DNA from: Eledone cirrhosa
Taxonomy: Eukaryota
Reading direction: 5' to 3'
NCBI GenBank assembly: GCA_964016885.1
Contig: OZ024740.1
Coordinates: 57,102,001-57,166,000, forward strand
Length of the DNA: 64,000 bases
This document shows, piece by piece, positions 1-13,712 of this stretch (within the stretch, counting starts at the first letter, position 1; every line of letters begins with the position of its first letter). A program made the translations under genes and the position numbers. The notes under the pieces were generated by a model that worked only from the letters and a program-made list of their open reading frames with translations, did no database searches and was not told where the DNA came from.

Positions 1-1532
1 TTCTTGTTGTGTGTGTTTATTGCCGTGCATTTGTTTTTCTGGGGGTGGGGTGTGGTTCTGCTATTTTCTTGTCGTTGTTGCTGGGTGTGTGTGTTTTGTT
101 GTTGTGTTTGCGATGTTGGTGCTTGTGGTGGTGGTGTTGAAGGTGTTGTTGGCGGTGGGGTTGTCGCCGGTGGTGATGGTGGTGCTGGTGTGGGTGGTGA
201 TGGTGTTGGTGGTGTTGCTGCTGTGGGTCTCTTTGCAGTAGACTTTACCCTTTTCTCATTTCTTTCCTCCCTTTTCAAAGGCGACGATGCGCTGCTTCTG
301 CGTTTGTGCCTTCTTGAGACCTTTTGCCATCCCTCTCCCACCTCACACTCCATGTCTGATTCTGTGAGGTCGGGGAGGGGTACCAACTCCACTCTTTCAC
401 TTGTTGTTGTTGGTGATGTTTGCACTGGAGTCTCTGTTGCAGCTGCATTTGGTATTGCTGTTGTTGTTGTTAGTATTTCCACTGCTGCTGCTGTTTTTGA
501 TTTCCGTGGAGTGGGTATGGGTGCCACGGGCCTATCGTTCCTGGTTGCCGCTTGTCCTGTTGCTGGTAGCCGTGGAGCCGGATTCGGAAGGAGGGGGGTT
601 TTCTCCTTTCTCAGGGTCTTCTCGTTGCAGAAGGCCCTGAGGTGAGTCTTCGATCCACAGCGAAAGCATTTCGGGCGTTTGCCCTCAACACTTATGGGCA
701 GTTGAGTGCCGTTATCGAAGTCTATCACATCCGGGATAGCTTCGATGCACTCCTGGTTGGTTTGGATTAGCATCTCAATGGAGGAGCCGACCCAATCTTC
801 TCTTACTTTTTTCTGTACTTGCAGTACAGTTGTTTTGTCCTCGATTCCGACGAGGACAGACGCGGCCAGCCAAGAAGGGGTCATTCCGGGGGGGACGTGG
901 GTCAGTTTGACCCTCACAATTTTTTGCCCACAGTAGGAGGGCACCAACACCATTTCCTCGCTCCTTAGGGTCACTACTGATTGGGCCTTTGCCTCCTGGG
1001 GTGTGGCAAAAAGTACGTCTACGGTGGCATATTTTTTGCCTCGGGTGATGTGCGTTTTCCGCTGCCACACAGACCCCAAGGCTTTTTGTATTTGGGCCTC
1101 TGTGGCTCTTTCCACCCTACGGGATTTTGTACTTACTGTACGGTACGTGACCGTACAGTGCTCTTGGGTTTCGAAAAAATTTTTCGCTGCCTTGCAGATT
1201 GCTCGGTGTCCGTTCTTTGTCACCATCTTCTTCGCTTCCTCTAATTCCTCATTTGTTATGAGGATTGTTTCCAAATTTTTCGCAATACCTGCAAATGAGA
1301 TTGGTTTTTCTCTGCTGTTGTTGTTGTCGTCAGAGCTGCTGGTACTTTTGTTGTTGCTGCAGGTACTACGACTACTGCCTCCGCCGCTGTTGCTGTGGTT
1401 GTTGTTGGTGTTGCTGCTGCTAATGCTGTTGTTGTTTATGCTGCTGCTGATGCTGTTGCGGCTGCTACTGTTGTTTTCCTTGTCACTTTTGCTGCGGCTG
1501 CTGTTATTACGGCTGCTACTGCTATTATTCAT
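1..1532 (-). CDS. ORF1 (Gag-like, CCHC zinc knuckle) of an L1/Tx1-type non-LTR retrotransposon; runs off the window start
   Basis: Manual translation from the minus-strand ATG at 1532 has no stop down to base 1 (at least 510 aa). It has an S/N-rich N-terminus, then ISVEGKRPK-CFRCGSKTHLRAFC (CX2CX4HX4C, ~626-668), then GWQKVSRRHKR and a P/T-rich tail. Missing from the ORF track, probably because no stop lies in the window. Confidence 0.8.
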   Translation of the reverse strand, partial: MNNSSSSRNNSSRSKSDKENNSSSRNSISSSINNNSISSSNTNNNHSNSGGGSSRSTCSNNKSTSSSDDNNNSREKPISFAGIAKNLETILITNEELEEAKKMVTKNGHRAICKAAKNFFETQEHCTVTYRTVSTKSRRVERATEAQIQKALGSVWQRKTHITRGKKYATVDVLFATPQEAKAQSVVTLRSEEMVLVPSYCGQKIVRVKLTHVPPGMTPSWLAASVLVGIEDKTTVLQVQKKVREDWVGSSIEMLIQTNQECIEAIPDVIDFDNGTQLPISVEGKRPKCFRCGSKTHLRAFCNEKTLRKEKTPLLPNPAPRLPATGQAATRNDRPVAPIPTPRKSKTAAAVEILTTTTAIPNAAATETPVQTSPTTTSERVELVPLPDLTESDMECEVGEGWQKVSRRHKRRSSASSPLKREERNEKRVKSTAKRPTAATPPTPSPPTPAPPSPPATTPPPTTPSTPPPQAPTSQTQQQNTHTQQQRQENSRTTPHPQKNKCTAINTHNK

Positions 1533-2108
1533 GACGTCAGACGAATGAAATGGGTTTTCGTATTTCCCGCACACCTTTTTCGTCGTTGTCGTCGTCGTCG
1601 TGGAGAAATGTTGCACGCTTTCTACGTGATTTTACTTTACTGGCGTGGCTTGCGAAAGAGAAGGGAGGGAGAGAGACAATCTTCTCTCTGCTGTAGTGAC
1701 GATTGAGGAAGAAGAAGACGGAATGAGTGACCTATGAAAATTCTTTTTCGTAGCCATGTTTTTTTTTGTTTAAAATAAATATTGGGCACAAAACCCCAAT
1801 AAGCGGTTATTTAACCCCGAAGGGCCAAATAACGGGCAGAAAGACCCCTCTCACGAGGAGGAGGGTGTTTTTGTCTACAATTTGGTTAAAGTTTTAAACA
1901 ATTTACAATTGTTATAGCGGTCAAAATTTACAATACCTTACAGAGCCGCGCCTCCGTCAACCATAGCATTCAATAATAATAATAATAATAATAATAACAA
2001 CGATAATAATAACGACAACAAAAACAATAATAATATACATATACATATATATACACACACACATGCACACACATAAACATATCTATACACACACACACAC
2101 GATAGCAA

Positions 2109-4025
2109 CTAACAGCGCTGCGATCGAATGTGGCTTTTTAGCCCAGCCAATGATCTAAAATGTCTTGCACAGAGTCGGCAACCAAAACATTCACTGGGAA
2201 TAGCCGGCTGTGGTTGGATTTCATGTACTTGTGCATGTCGCTTGAGCCCTCCTGCTGATTTACATTCCCTACCACATGCTTGGCAAGCATGATGAGTAGC
2301 ATCTCCAACAGCAGCCTGGTAGTCAACCACTGGTCTTACTTTATAACTGCGAAGATGACTTTCGAGTCCAGCTTTGCTTAGGCAGAGTCTCGCACAGACG
2401 CTGCATGTCAGCACTATAGGAGGACCCTCGCCGTCTAGAAGTGCAACAGCAATGCCCTTCCTCACATCCAGCTTTACTTTCTCGTATGCGATTCGAGATG
2501 CCTCAAAGGCAACTTTTCCCTCATATACAGTCTTTCTCCATTTATTACGATCAGCAGCAATATTTTCCCATGTATCAGCAGAGATGTTAGCGTCTTTCAA
2601 AGAGGCTTTCAAGGAATCCTTATACCTCTTTTTTGGTTTATATGGCAGTCGTGTTCCTTTAACTAACTCTCCATAAAAGAGTTGTTTTGGTATTCTAGAA
2701 TCCTTCATCCTGGCAAGGTGACCACTCCAACGGAGTCGTTGCTTAAGCACAAGAGCTTCTATACTGTCACACATAGAGCTTTCCAAAATCTCGACATCAC
2801 TGATGTGGTCCCTCCAGTGAACGCCATGGATGCGTCTGAGACACATCTGATGGAAACGCTCCAATTGCTTAAGGTAGTGTCGATATGTGACCCAGGTCTC
2901 GCAGGCATAAGGAAGACAAGAGAGCACACATGCCTTGTACACCTTTACCTTTGTCCTCCTGCATATGTCTCGCCGACCCCAGAGTCGCCTTTCTAGCTTT
3001 CCGAAAGCATCACTTGCTTTCCTAATCCTAAGTGAGAGTTCACTATCAAGTTTGCTGTATCGATTGACAGTGCTTCCCAGGTAGACAAACTGATCAACCA
3101 CTCCAAGTCGTTTACCATACACATAGATATTTGGTTCAGTGTACTGCTTACCAGGGGCAGGTTGGTACATGACGACGGTTTTCTAGAGACTGACAGTCAA
3201 TCCTATGGCAGTGCAAGCGTTAGAAAATGCATTCAAAATGTGCTGCATATCACTCTCTGTGTGCGCTACAAGATCGCAATCATCTGCATACAAGAGGTCT
3301 CTTATGATTGATGTAAATACTTTTGTCTTTGCAGCAAAGCGCCTGATGTTAAATATGCTGTCTGAGGTTCGATATCGGATGTAAACACCATGATCGCTAT
3401 TCCTGAATACAATACAGAAAACCATTGCAAAGTATATGGCAAACAGGGTCGGTGCTGGAATATCCCCCTGTTTCACTCCATTTTTTACTGAGATAGGCTC
3501 CGACATGTTACCTCCGACATTAACCCAAGCCTTCATGTCGTCATGGAAAGACCTAACTAAAGCAAGGAACTTATCAGGGCAACCAAGTTTCTGGAGAACC
3601 TTCCATAATGCATCTCTGTTAACAGTATCGAAAGCTTTTGTCAAATCGACAAAAACCTGATACAGATCCAAACCTTGTTCCATGCACTTCTCCTGGAGCT
3701 GTCTAGCTGAGAAGATCATATCAGTAGTGCCGCGTCCAGCACGAAAACCAGATTGGCTTTCAGGAAGAACACAATCTGCAATCTGTGTCAGCAGACGGTT
3801 CAGAAGCACCCTACATAAAACTTTCCCTTCGACAGAAATCTATGATATACCTCTGTAGTTCCCACAATCATTCCTGTTACCCTTTCCCTTGTACAAGACC
3901 ACCATTACTGCATCTCTCCAGTCCTCAGGTACGGATTCATTAGCCCATATCCTGCCAAACAAAGAGTGAAGATGTTGCAGGAGTCGCTCACCACCATATT
4001 GTAGGAGCTCAGCATGTATGCCATC
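2109..4025 (-). pseudogene. RTE-clade (BovB-like) LINE, 5'-truncated, RT with C-terminal C2H2 fingers
   Basis: ORFs 3840..4091, 3183..3809 and 2109..3170 share one frame, broken by TAG codons at 3840 and 3183. Motifs: NYRGIS, LPESQSGFR, FVDLTKAFDTV, GVKQG, LLYADD, FVYLGS, RLRWSGHLARM. Confidence 0.92.
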
Positions 4026-4509
4026 CATACATACATACATATATGGTGGCTGCCAACTCGTTTTCGAGTACGGCCACTTCTTTATATCCATGTAGGAGAA
4101 CCCCTACCGATGCGCTGAACGAGTGTGACTTTTTAGTCCAGCCAGCGACTTGAATACTCTGGTACAAACACTACACCTGTGACAATTATTGACACATAGT
4201 GCTGGGCCCATGGTACCATGTGACGACAAGTGCAGAGAGATCTCCAGATATAAAGCAATGCCTGTGCCGTGAAGCTTTTATAGTGAGCAAAGGCACTGCA
4301 CAAAGCCAGTCCCACTCTCTTAACCAAGATGATATTTACCAAAAAGAAGAACAAGTCAGCATCATTGGATACCATCAGAGTTGCAGGTGTTATATCAGAG
4401 TTTTCCTTCTCCTAGAATTCTGCCTTGACAAAGGCTAAGGGGTCATACATACATACATACATACATACATACATACATACATACATACATACATACATAC
4501 ATACATACA

Positions 4510-4544
<35 letters not shown>

Positions 4545-4930
4545 TTATGCAGAACTAATGAGAAATCTGCAGATACTCCACCTTGACTATACCTTCAGAT
4601 TTATGCCTGTGATAATTGGGGCACTAAGATATGTTAGTAAGTGCCTCAATACAAATCTTGAGAAGCTGGGCTTCACAGGCACAGAAAGAACACAACTAGT
4701 TAGGAAATTACAAGTACAATCCATAAATGGAACAGTAAAAATATGTAAAACATTCCAAAAATTCTGCATCTAATAACTACATATACACATGTACAGATAC
4801 AAAGCATATGCACTTGCACAGATACAAAGCATATACACATGCACACATACAACTCAAAACATCCACATCCACACATACATTAACATCCATAACTACACAC
4901 ACACACACTCATGCATGCAGACATGCATAC
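4545..4930 (+). mobile_element. 3' fragment of an R4/Dong-like (restriction-like endonuclease) LINE
   Basis: ORF 4558..4773 (MPVIIGALRYVSKCLNTNLEKLG..LQVQSINGTVKICKTF) matches the IPIVIGALG..LG..LQK..L.GT C-terminal pattern. It sits next to (CATA)n. Confidence 0.65.
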
Positions 4931-6949
4931 ATATCTACCTAGTTGATGTTGTTTAAATTCCAATGAGAGAGTATTGTATCTGTTAGAAACCGACTCTCTC
5001 TCTATTGGTAAAAAATGTGTGAAACTATAAAACCAGAAGAACATACATACACACGTACGTACATACATACATACATACATACATACATACATACATACAT
5101 ACATACATACATACATACATACATACATACATACATACAATTTTGACCTCGACTTACGGCCGGGTTTGAACATAGAGTGCTGAGAGCCGGGATGAATACT
5201 GTAACAATACTTTAACGTCTCTACTAATTTGCCGTGTTCATATATATGTCTGTGTGTGTGTGGGGGGGGGGTATGCGTGTGTGTGTGTTTATGTGTTTGT
5301 ATGTATATGTGTGTATGTGTGCATGTGTGTGTATCCGTGCACGTGAATGGGCGAATGTTTGTGTTCTTTTAAGGTTGTAGATTTTTTTTGTTATAACAGT
5401 AATGTATTTTTTGTTTTTTCTGTATAGTTGATTTATTATTTTATTGAGGATTACGTCATTTTCAAACATTATATATAATCTATGGTTTGTCAGTCAAATA
5501 AATTACTATAGATTTTTTTCTTAAGCCTCTAATCTAAAATTAACTTCCTTGTTTCCAATCTCCTGTAGAAAATTTATTTTTCCATCTTATCACCTCATTT
5601 TTGTTTCTGTTCTGCTCAAACAAACCTATTAAATGTTGTTGTTGTTTAGCTCCAAGTCTGATGTAATCAAACTGGGCTATGATCAAAAGCGTTCCCTTCA
5701 TTATCAACTCCTCTTTTTCATAATCATGGTGAACCCAGAACTACATTATCTAACAGTAGGATGTTACTTGCGTGTGATTTGGCTGCTGTTTCTAACAGAC
5801 AGAGTGAGGCTCCCATGTTTGCTTGTAAACTAATTAATTCTAGTCTCATTGCAAGGGTATTTTACTACTTTATACTCAATTGTTTGTTATATATTGTATC
5901 AAATATAATACCTACCAATATTTTAAACGAAGTTTTTACTCCATGTTGCTCAACAATTTAAGACTTAAGGGCGATGCATATTTATTAGTCTATAAAACAA
6001 ATGTAAAAGACAAATGCAGATATATAAATACAATCTTCAAAGCTTTTAATGACTCAGTTTAACAATATTTTCTCTGTTGCTGAAATAAAAGTAGCATATG
6101 AAATTACTATCGAATTGCAGATTTGTATGTTTTTATCTTTTTATCGTTTGCGTGCTATCCCAACTAAATCTAGTGACAGGATATGCACAACGTCGAAGCG
6201 TTGACTCAATAATTGTATCTGTAAATTATTTATTGTCGGTAACAGCCGATCCGAGTTTGATTGGTGTAAATGGCAAGATAGTGACAAAAGAGATTTCAGT
6301 ATAATAGCGATATTCATTTGTTCAGCTTAGCTGTAAATTGTTTGGTAACAGCAGTGCAGCTGAGGTAATGTTTTTAGAAAGCATTTGAATATTGAATGTC
6401 AATAGAGACGAAGTTTTAAGATTTCCATTGTGCTTCATTTGATCGTTATGAATCTATTTTAATCGTCGTAAATTCAATACACACTGGGTGGATGCAACAA
6501 TTTAACATTACATACAATTTGTACAAACATTATGCTCAAATAAAAGCTGATATTACAGCGCACATTAAAGAGACTGTGACTAGCATCTGTACATATTACA
6601 CACACTATGAGTAACGCTGACATTTAAAAAAATGGAGGAAAATAGAGGATGAAATTATGATATGGTTATAAATCAACGTCACCAAATAACAATGTAATCA
6701 TTGTTTTCTTTTTGAAAGTATTATTTTACATTGCATGTAAAAACTTTTCTAATTAAGTTTAGGTATTTTTATAGTAAACGTAAAGTATCTGTTTGTCTTG
6801 AGACTACCATCACCATTTTTTAATGAATCTTAGCAAAATTGATCACAGATCAAGAACCACTCTAGAAGAATCCACAAATAAAAATATTCTCAAATGATTT
6901 ACACTAGCTTTGGTCACCAGTAAATACGCTAAATTCGATATACTATGCT

Positions 6950-9300
6950 GAATGGTATGGTACGCGGAATGTGATTCTGGACACACGCCGCTTTATTGAA
7001 TTGTATTCTAACAGATTCTGCTCGTGGCCACAGCGTAGGCGGGCAAAGTGGAGACAGTTGGAGCGTGACAGTTGATGTTCCCCTACACATATCATTAATC
7101 GTGTACATCCCAGCACAGTATTCTGGTCTAATAAAGCTATTGATGTTGCAAATATTTCTTTGTGAGTGTGTTTTTGAAATGTATATTTTTGTTGTATATT
7201 TGTTTGTGAGAGTTTCGAGGGGTTTTCGAGTAGTGACTGGAGCAGTAGGGAGTAAAACATACTTCCTCCATAAGCTTTACCCGTTGCCTGTTTACGTGGT
7301 CTTCTATTTTTCGTATTTTTGTTTGGTTATGTTTGTGAACAGTGGGCTCGCTCTGTGTAACGTTTCTGATGTGTAAGTGCGTTGTTTTGTTCTCTCTGAA
7401 GTTTCTTGTATTTTATTGTGTAAAGACCAGAGCCCGAGGTTGGAGTGGCATAGTCGATCATGAATTTAATATATTGTTTGTACAACATTGTTATTTTTGT
7501 CTGTTGGTACTTGTGTCTTTCTGTGGTACTTGTGATTGTTTTAGGTATGTTTGAGTTGTGTTTTACTTTCTTTACTGTGTCACCTGTGGATGCTGGGATT
7601 ATCTTAATAGTGTTGTGTATAATTCCTAGTGTCTTTTTTCATGTTTGTTGCATGTTTATGAGGTTTAATGTGAAGGCTGGTTGTATTTGATATTCTCTGG
7701 AGTTACTGGTAACTGAAACTGCGTATCTAGTAGGTACTTCCATAAGTTTGTTATTATAGAACCAGATTCCTATGGTGGAGTTGTTGAATAATGGTGTTCG
7801 AAGAGTAGTGGATAGATATTAGTCGCTGTTATCTACATACGATGCTGTGTGAATATTTTATTGGGGTATGTGAAAGCCGTATATGTGAAGGTTGAAAAGA
7901 ATGGGTAAAGATATGGATCCTTGAGGTACGCCGTTCAGGAAATTGCATTTCTGGAAGTCTTGTCGTCAATAATTGTTTTCTTAAATGTATGCATTCTAGT
8001 GACTATGTGAAGGCGCTTGGCTTTGTGCTTAGGATATTCGGCTCACTGTCGTGAGTTCGATTCCCGGTGGCGCGTTGTGTCCTTGAGCAAGACACTTTAT
8101 TTCACGTTGCTCCAGTCCATCCGGCTGGCAAAAATGAGTTGTGCCTGTAATCCGAAGGATCAGCCTTGTCATATTGTGTGTCACGCTGAATCTCCCTGAG
8201 AACTACGGTAAGAGTACGCGTGTCTGTGGAATGATCTTTGGTGCTGTTTATTTGTGAAACTCTTCATAATGTTTCTTTGCGGTACTCATTAAATATCGCT
8301 TTTTGCATTCTACATCTATGTGCGAATGTGATGTAAATGAATAGATAAACGGTCTAAGGAAGTTTTGGGGAATTGTTTGCTAACTGGTTTCGGTAGTTTG
8401 GTATGGGCAGTAGGTGATGTGTCAGGAAGACTCATGAGGGGTACGTATGTGTTAGTGTGAGACATTTAAGATGTTGAGGTGTCCAGTAGCAACGATTTTG
8501 TTTCGCCCTTCATGCTTTCTATGCCATTTGAAAACAGTGTGGAGGGAGCTTTGATTATGAGATGAACAGGAATGTTAAAGTGAATAGAATGGTTTGTAGG
8601 TCGGTGGGAAAATCTACTTTTGTTATATATTATTATATCAATTTTCTCCGAGTTACTGTTTGTTTTTCTTCATTTATATAGCCTGGATTTCTAGTATCGT
8701 GTCATACCCTATTAGTTAGAGCATATCATTTGTTATATCTATATATTGAATACCAGTTTTAAGACTAACACCGCCATTAGAAATGGCTCTGTCTAGTGTG
8801 ATTGATGTATAATTTGGAATTTAGGTTGTTTTATCATGTGTTGGTTTTGAGAATGCTTCTTGAGTTATTGCGATGTATCCCTTGGGTCAGGTAATCTTTC
8901 TACTTTTTTTATTTCAGGAAGTTTTATACCATTAGTGTTCAATTGCGGAGATTTTAGATTGTCTGTGTTGTGCTTACTAATTATATTTTTGCGTGCGTTT
9001 ATGAGAAAAAGCATATGCTTTATAATGAATTATGTGCTAGTCATTTTCTTTTGATTCGCTGATATTGTCATAGCTGTTTGGAGAACAAAGGTGTTCTTTT
9101 TTCTAGATTATTTGCAAAATATTGGTGGTTTGCTAGTTTTGTGTGAGGATTTGAAGATTGTGTAAGATTTTTACATTTGAGCGGATATGATGGCTTCTGT
9201 TGTTCAACATATCTGTATATGCTGGAAATTTCATCCTTCAATAAATATTCCAAGCATGACCGCCCTCTTTTACTTGATATATGATAGTATCACAGGGTTC
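6950..9300 (-). pseudogene. Highly decayed LINE (Jockey/I-group-like)
   Basis: Minus strand ~7880-7945 reads NGVPQGSISLPILFNLHIY (RT motif), followed by a YVDN remnant of YADD. 6943..7260 has EHQLSRSNCLHFARLRCGH. Boundaries are approximate. Confidence 0.5.
8012..8232 (+). mobile_element. tRNA-derived SINE inserted in the decayed LINE
   Basis: Box A-like TGGCTTTGTGCTTAGG, box B GAGTTCGATTCC, and core GTGTCCTTGAGCAAGACACTT. Older copies of the same body lie near 26600-26710, 29990-30240 and 31690-31870. Confidence 0.8.
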
Positions 9301-9383
9301 GGTTATTATGTTTCTGTTAGTGAATAATACAATTGTTCTCGGTATTGTGACCACTTCTATATATATATATATATATAAAACCA

Positions 9384-9431
<48 letters not shown>

Positions 9432-9437
9432 AGTGGT

Positions 9438-9787
<350 letters not shown>

Positions 9788-9919
9788 TGTATGTATGTAT
9801 GTATGTATGGGCAGGGCGAGAAAGGTGGAGGTGATAACAGTGGGAGTTCGGCTCTTCCTTGTCTGGATCTGGTGTGCAGCGTCAGTAGGGAGGTAGTGAT
9901 TCATATATATATATATATA

Positions 9920-10488
9920 TCTCCCCCCACCCCCTATCCACACACGCACAGACCCTCCGACACACAAAAACACCCCCCACACACACCTTCCTGAACATGC
10001 AACCCCGTTCTTCCCCCAACCCTCACTTTCACATACACACACACACACACACACACGCACACCTAACCACACACACCACCTTCAGCCCTCCCCGCTCGGA
10101 CACCCCGTCTCCCTCTCCCCACTCCACCCGCCTCCACCTCTACTCACCCCACACCCTTCCACCACCTGTTTACCCCCCTTTTAATTTCAGTTTATTTTGA
10201 TCATGCCTTTATTTTTAAATGTTCTCATTCCTTGTATTTTGATCATGCTTTATTTTTATTTATTATTTATTATATTTTTGTCTTTATTTGTTAATTTTTC
10301 ATTCGCACCGTTTCCTTTCGCTATATGTCTCTCCACCACTCCCCTACACACCTTTTGAACTCTTACCTGAAGAAGGGCTTATGCCCGAAACGTCGTCCTC
10401 CACCTACCCCCCACTCTCCTGAGCGTGAATCTAATAAACATTTGTCGTACTGCCTCTCTGTTCTGTCCCTGTTCAATTTTTTATTATA
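9920..10488 (+). repeat. 5' pseudo-LTR of PLE1
   Basis: Near-identical to 14627-15194; contains an HHR-like core and AATAAA. Confidence 0.92.
10365..10396 (+). ncRNA. Minimal hammerhead motif in the PLE1 pLTR (second copy 15070-15101)
   Basis: CTGAAGA-a-GGGC(TTAT)GCCC-GAAA-CG-TC. Stem I is only ~2 bp. Minimal HHR motifs are established features of PLE pLTRs. Confidence 0.65.
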
Positions 10489-10951
10489 CAAAACACACGC
10501 TCACACGGCCTCCATCCTTGGAACTCACTTAACAACCGGCTCAACCCCGATCTAATCCGCCGTGACCTGTCTCCGAACTTTACACACCTTCCCACACTTT
10601 GTCTTTCCTTCCACGCATTACCTCTGTTTGATTTTGTTACCGTACCCCTTTTTTTTCCGTATATGATTCTTTGCCTGTGTTCCTACAATTGTATTCCATG
10701 ATTTTTTGTTCACGATCGCCTGTGTCATTACCTTTATGATATTTCTATGAATTTTTATTCACGATCGCCTGTGTTATTACCTTTATGATTTTTTGTCTTT
10801 AATTTTCCGGTGTTTACTCCCTCCCTACGTTTTTCTGGTTCCTTTTCCCATCCCCGTCTCTGCCTATCCTTCGCACTTATCCCTTCGTTCACTCCACCCC
10901 GCCCTCTCTTCTCCCCCCACCCCCCACCCCTGCTTTCACCCAACGCCCATC

Positions 10952-13712
10952 ATGGCCAACCTGAGATCCTTTCTCCACCAACTCCACAATCGCCTCAAAT
11001 TTTCCTCACCCCCCTCCTTCCACCCTGCTATCTCCCCTCCGCCCTTCAACTCTCCTACCTTCTCTTCGCCAAAACCCGGCACTCCAGCCACATCCATTTC
11101 CTCAGCCACTGCCTCCGCCTCCACCTTATCCCCCTTGGCTTCCGTCTACACTTCCACCCCTCCCCCGCTGCCTCCCCCTCCGCGCAACGTATCCTCACCC
11201 GATCCTCACGCCTTCTGATGCGCAACTCCATCCGCGCCTCCCGCTCCACCCTCCGCCTACTTGACCACCAACTGACCCCCACTCTCCTCCGCCTTTACTC
11301 CACCTGCCACCCCCTCCTCGCCCAAGCCATCCTCTCCTTCATCCACAACCTCAACCACAACCTCTTCTCGTTCCTCAGCTCCACCAAAGCCCGCAAGCTA
11401 CACTCACTCCTCCCAACCCCCCCATCCACCACCACCCGCCCATCCCCATACGCCCACCACTCCCCACCTCTCCCCCGACCGCCACCCCCACCCAATCTCC
11501 ACCCCTCACCACACCCTCCCTTCCCTCCCCTAACACCCAAACCCCACCCCTTGTTGTCACCATACCCCCTGACCTCCCCCTCTCCGCACCTGAGCGCTCA
11601 CTCCTTAGTAGAGGCCTTCGCTTCATACCCCACACTCCGCTCAGCGACGAGTTCCGCACCCGAACGGAAGTCGAGCGATTCGTGCGACGCACTAAGCTAC
11701 AGGCACATTTCGGTCAAACGCCACCGGCTCCGGACGCCCCAGACCCGTTTCTCGCCCTGGGCCGACGACCATCTTCTTGGACGCCGGCCCCAGGGCAATT
11801 TAGCACCCTGGACGCCTTCGTCGATGCCAGCCGTAGCGCAGTAAATCGTTTCGACTTCCGCCACCGTTCCAAACGGCACAACATCTCACGGGGCGAACTC
11901 CTCGCTCTCCGCTCCCTCCGTAGCCGAGATGACATCGTCATCAAACCGGCGGACAAGGGAGGCGCCGTGGTGGTATGGCGCGCGGACCTCTACAAGGCCG
12001 AAGCCCTCAGGCAGCTCTGTAACCCCCTCTTTTACCGCCCTCTACCCTCCGATCCCACCCCCCTCTACCAACAACAAGTCTCCTCCACCATCAAAGACCT
12101 TATCGCCTCCTCCCCCCCCCCCACCGCTTCCCACCTCATCGTCCGCACACCCCGCACCCTCACCATCTACTTCCTCCCCAAACTCCACAAACCCGACAAC
12201 CCCGGCCGTCCCATCGTCTCCGCTTGCAACTGCCCCACCGAACTCATCTCCGCCTTTCTCGACTCCCTCCTCGCCCCCCTTGTCACCACCCTCCCCTCCC
12301 ACATCTCTGACACCAACCACGCCCTGCGCCTTTTCGACTCCTTCACCTACCTACCCGGCCCTCAGCCATTCCTCTTCACCCTAGACATCAAGTCCCTCTA
12401 TACCGTCATCCCCCACGCCGACGGCCTTCGCGCCCTCAAACACTACCTCGACCTTCTCCCCTCCCCCATTCCCTCCACCCCCACCCTCCTTCGCCTCGCC
12501 GAGCTGGTCCTCACCCTAAATTGTTTCTCCTTCTCGGGTGAGTTTTACCAACAGGTCACGGGGGTAGCCATGGGCACAAGAATGGGCCCGAACTATGCCA
12601 ACCTTTTTGTTGGCCATGTTGATGCCCAAATCTTTGCCCAGTACACCGGCCCCACGCCCGAACTGTACGGTCGTTACATTGACGACTGTATCGGAGCCAC
12701 GACCCTCACCCGAGTACAGCTCGACTCCTTTCTCTCCTTCTTCTGCTCCTTCCACCCCTCCCTCCACTTCACCACCTCTATCTCCACCACCCACGTCCAC
12801 TTCTTGGACATCTCCGTCGCCTTCGACCCCTCCCACCACTCCCTCGTCACCTCCGCCTTCTTCAAACCCACCGACTCCCACTCTTACCTCGACTTCACCT
12901 CTTCCCACCCCACCCACACTAAACTCTCCATTCCCTACTCCCAACTTCTCAGGATCCGCCGCCTCTGTAGCCGAGATGCTGACTTCGAGTCCCAAGCCCT
13001 TTCCCTAGTCAGCCATTTCATCCGCAGAGGTTACCCCCCTCTCTCGTCCACACCGCTCTCACCCGCGCCCGTGCTATCCCCCGCTCTACCACCCTCACCC
13101 CACGCCACCGCACACCCACCCACCGTCTCCCCTTCCCCATCACCTACCACCCCTCCACCGCACCATCCGCCGCCTCTTCCGACACCTCCAGTCCGACCCC
13201 TCCACCTCCCACATCTTCCCAACCCCACCACTCCCCTCCTTCATACGCGCACGCAATCTCCGCACCCTCCTCGTCCACAGCTCCCTACCCCCCAACCCAC
13301 GCTCCGTTTCCCCCCCCCCGGTTCCTTCCCCTGTTCTAGGCCCCGCTGCAACACCTGTCCCCACATCACCAACACCACCACCTCCCAGGGTCCCAACGGC
13401 CACCCTCTCTCGGTCCGGCATGCCTTCCGCTGCACCTCCTCCAACCTAGTCTACGGACTTCGTTGCACGAGGTGCAGCGCGACTTATGTCGGACAGACGG
13501 GACGCCGCCTGGCGGACCGAGTCACGGAGCACCTCCGGGACATTCGTCTCGGGGGCAGTTCCCCCATCGCCCGCCACTTTGGTGGCCCTGGACACTCCGC
13601 ACACCATCTCACAGTCTGTGGCCTACTCCAGTGCCACGGAACACCCGCCCATCGCCTCACGGTCGAACAACGTACTATCTTCATCTTACAGACCCCCCCC
13701 CCCCCGGCCTGA
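10952..13712 (+). CDS. PLE reverse transcriptase + GIY-YIG endonuclease, frameshifted
   Basis: Motifs IKPADKGGAVVV, YFLPKLHK, GRPIVS, LDIKSLYT, GVAMGTRMGPNYANLF, RYIDD, FLD, CSRPRCNTC and NLVYGLRC..YVGQTGRRLADRVTEH. N-terminal motifs and the 13040-13300 segment lie in other frames; the shifts fall in C-rich runs. The start codon is inferred. Confidence 0.88.

Noticed and set aside
4-1548. Plus-strand V/L-rich ORFs
   Set aside because: Antisense shadows of the minus-strand ORF1.
4026-4445. Possible RTE 5' UTR fragment (CTAGGAGAAGGAAAACTCTGA on minus)
   Set aside because: Recognised from memory only and cannot be tied to the adjacent RTE.
8012-8070. tRNA gene
   Set aside because: A/B boxes continue into a SINE body with no complete cloverleaf.
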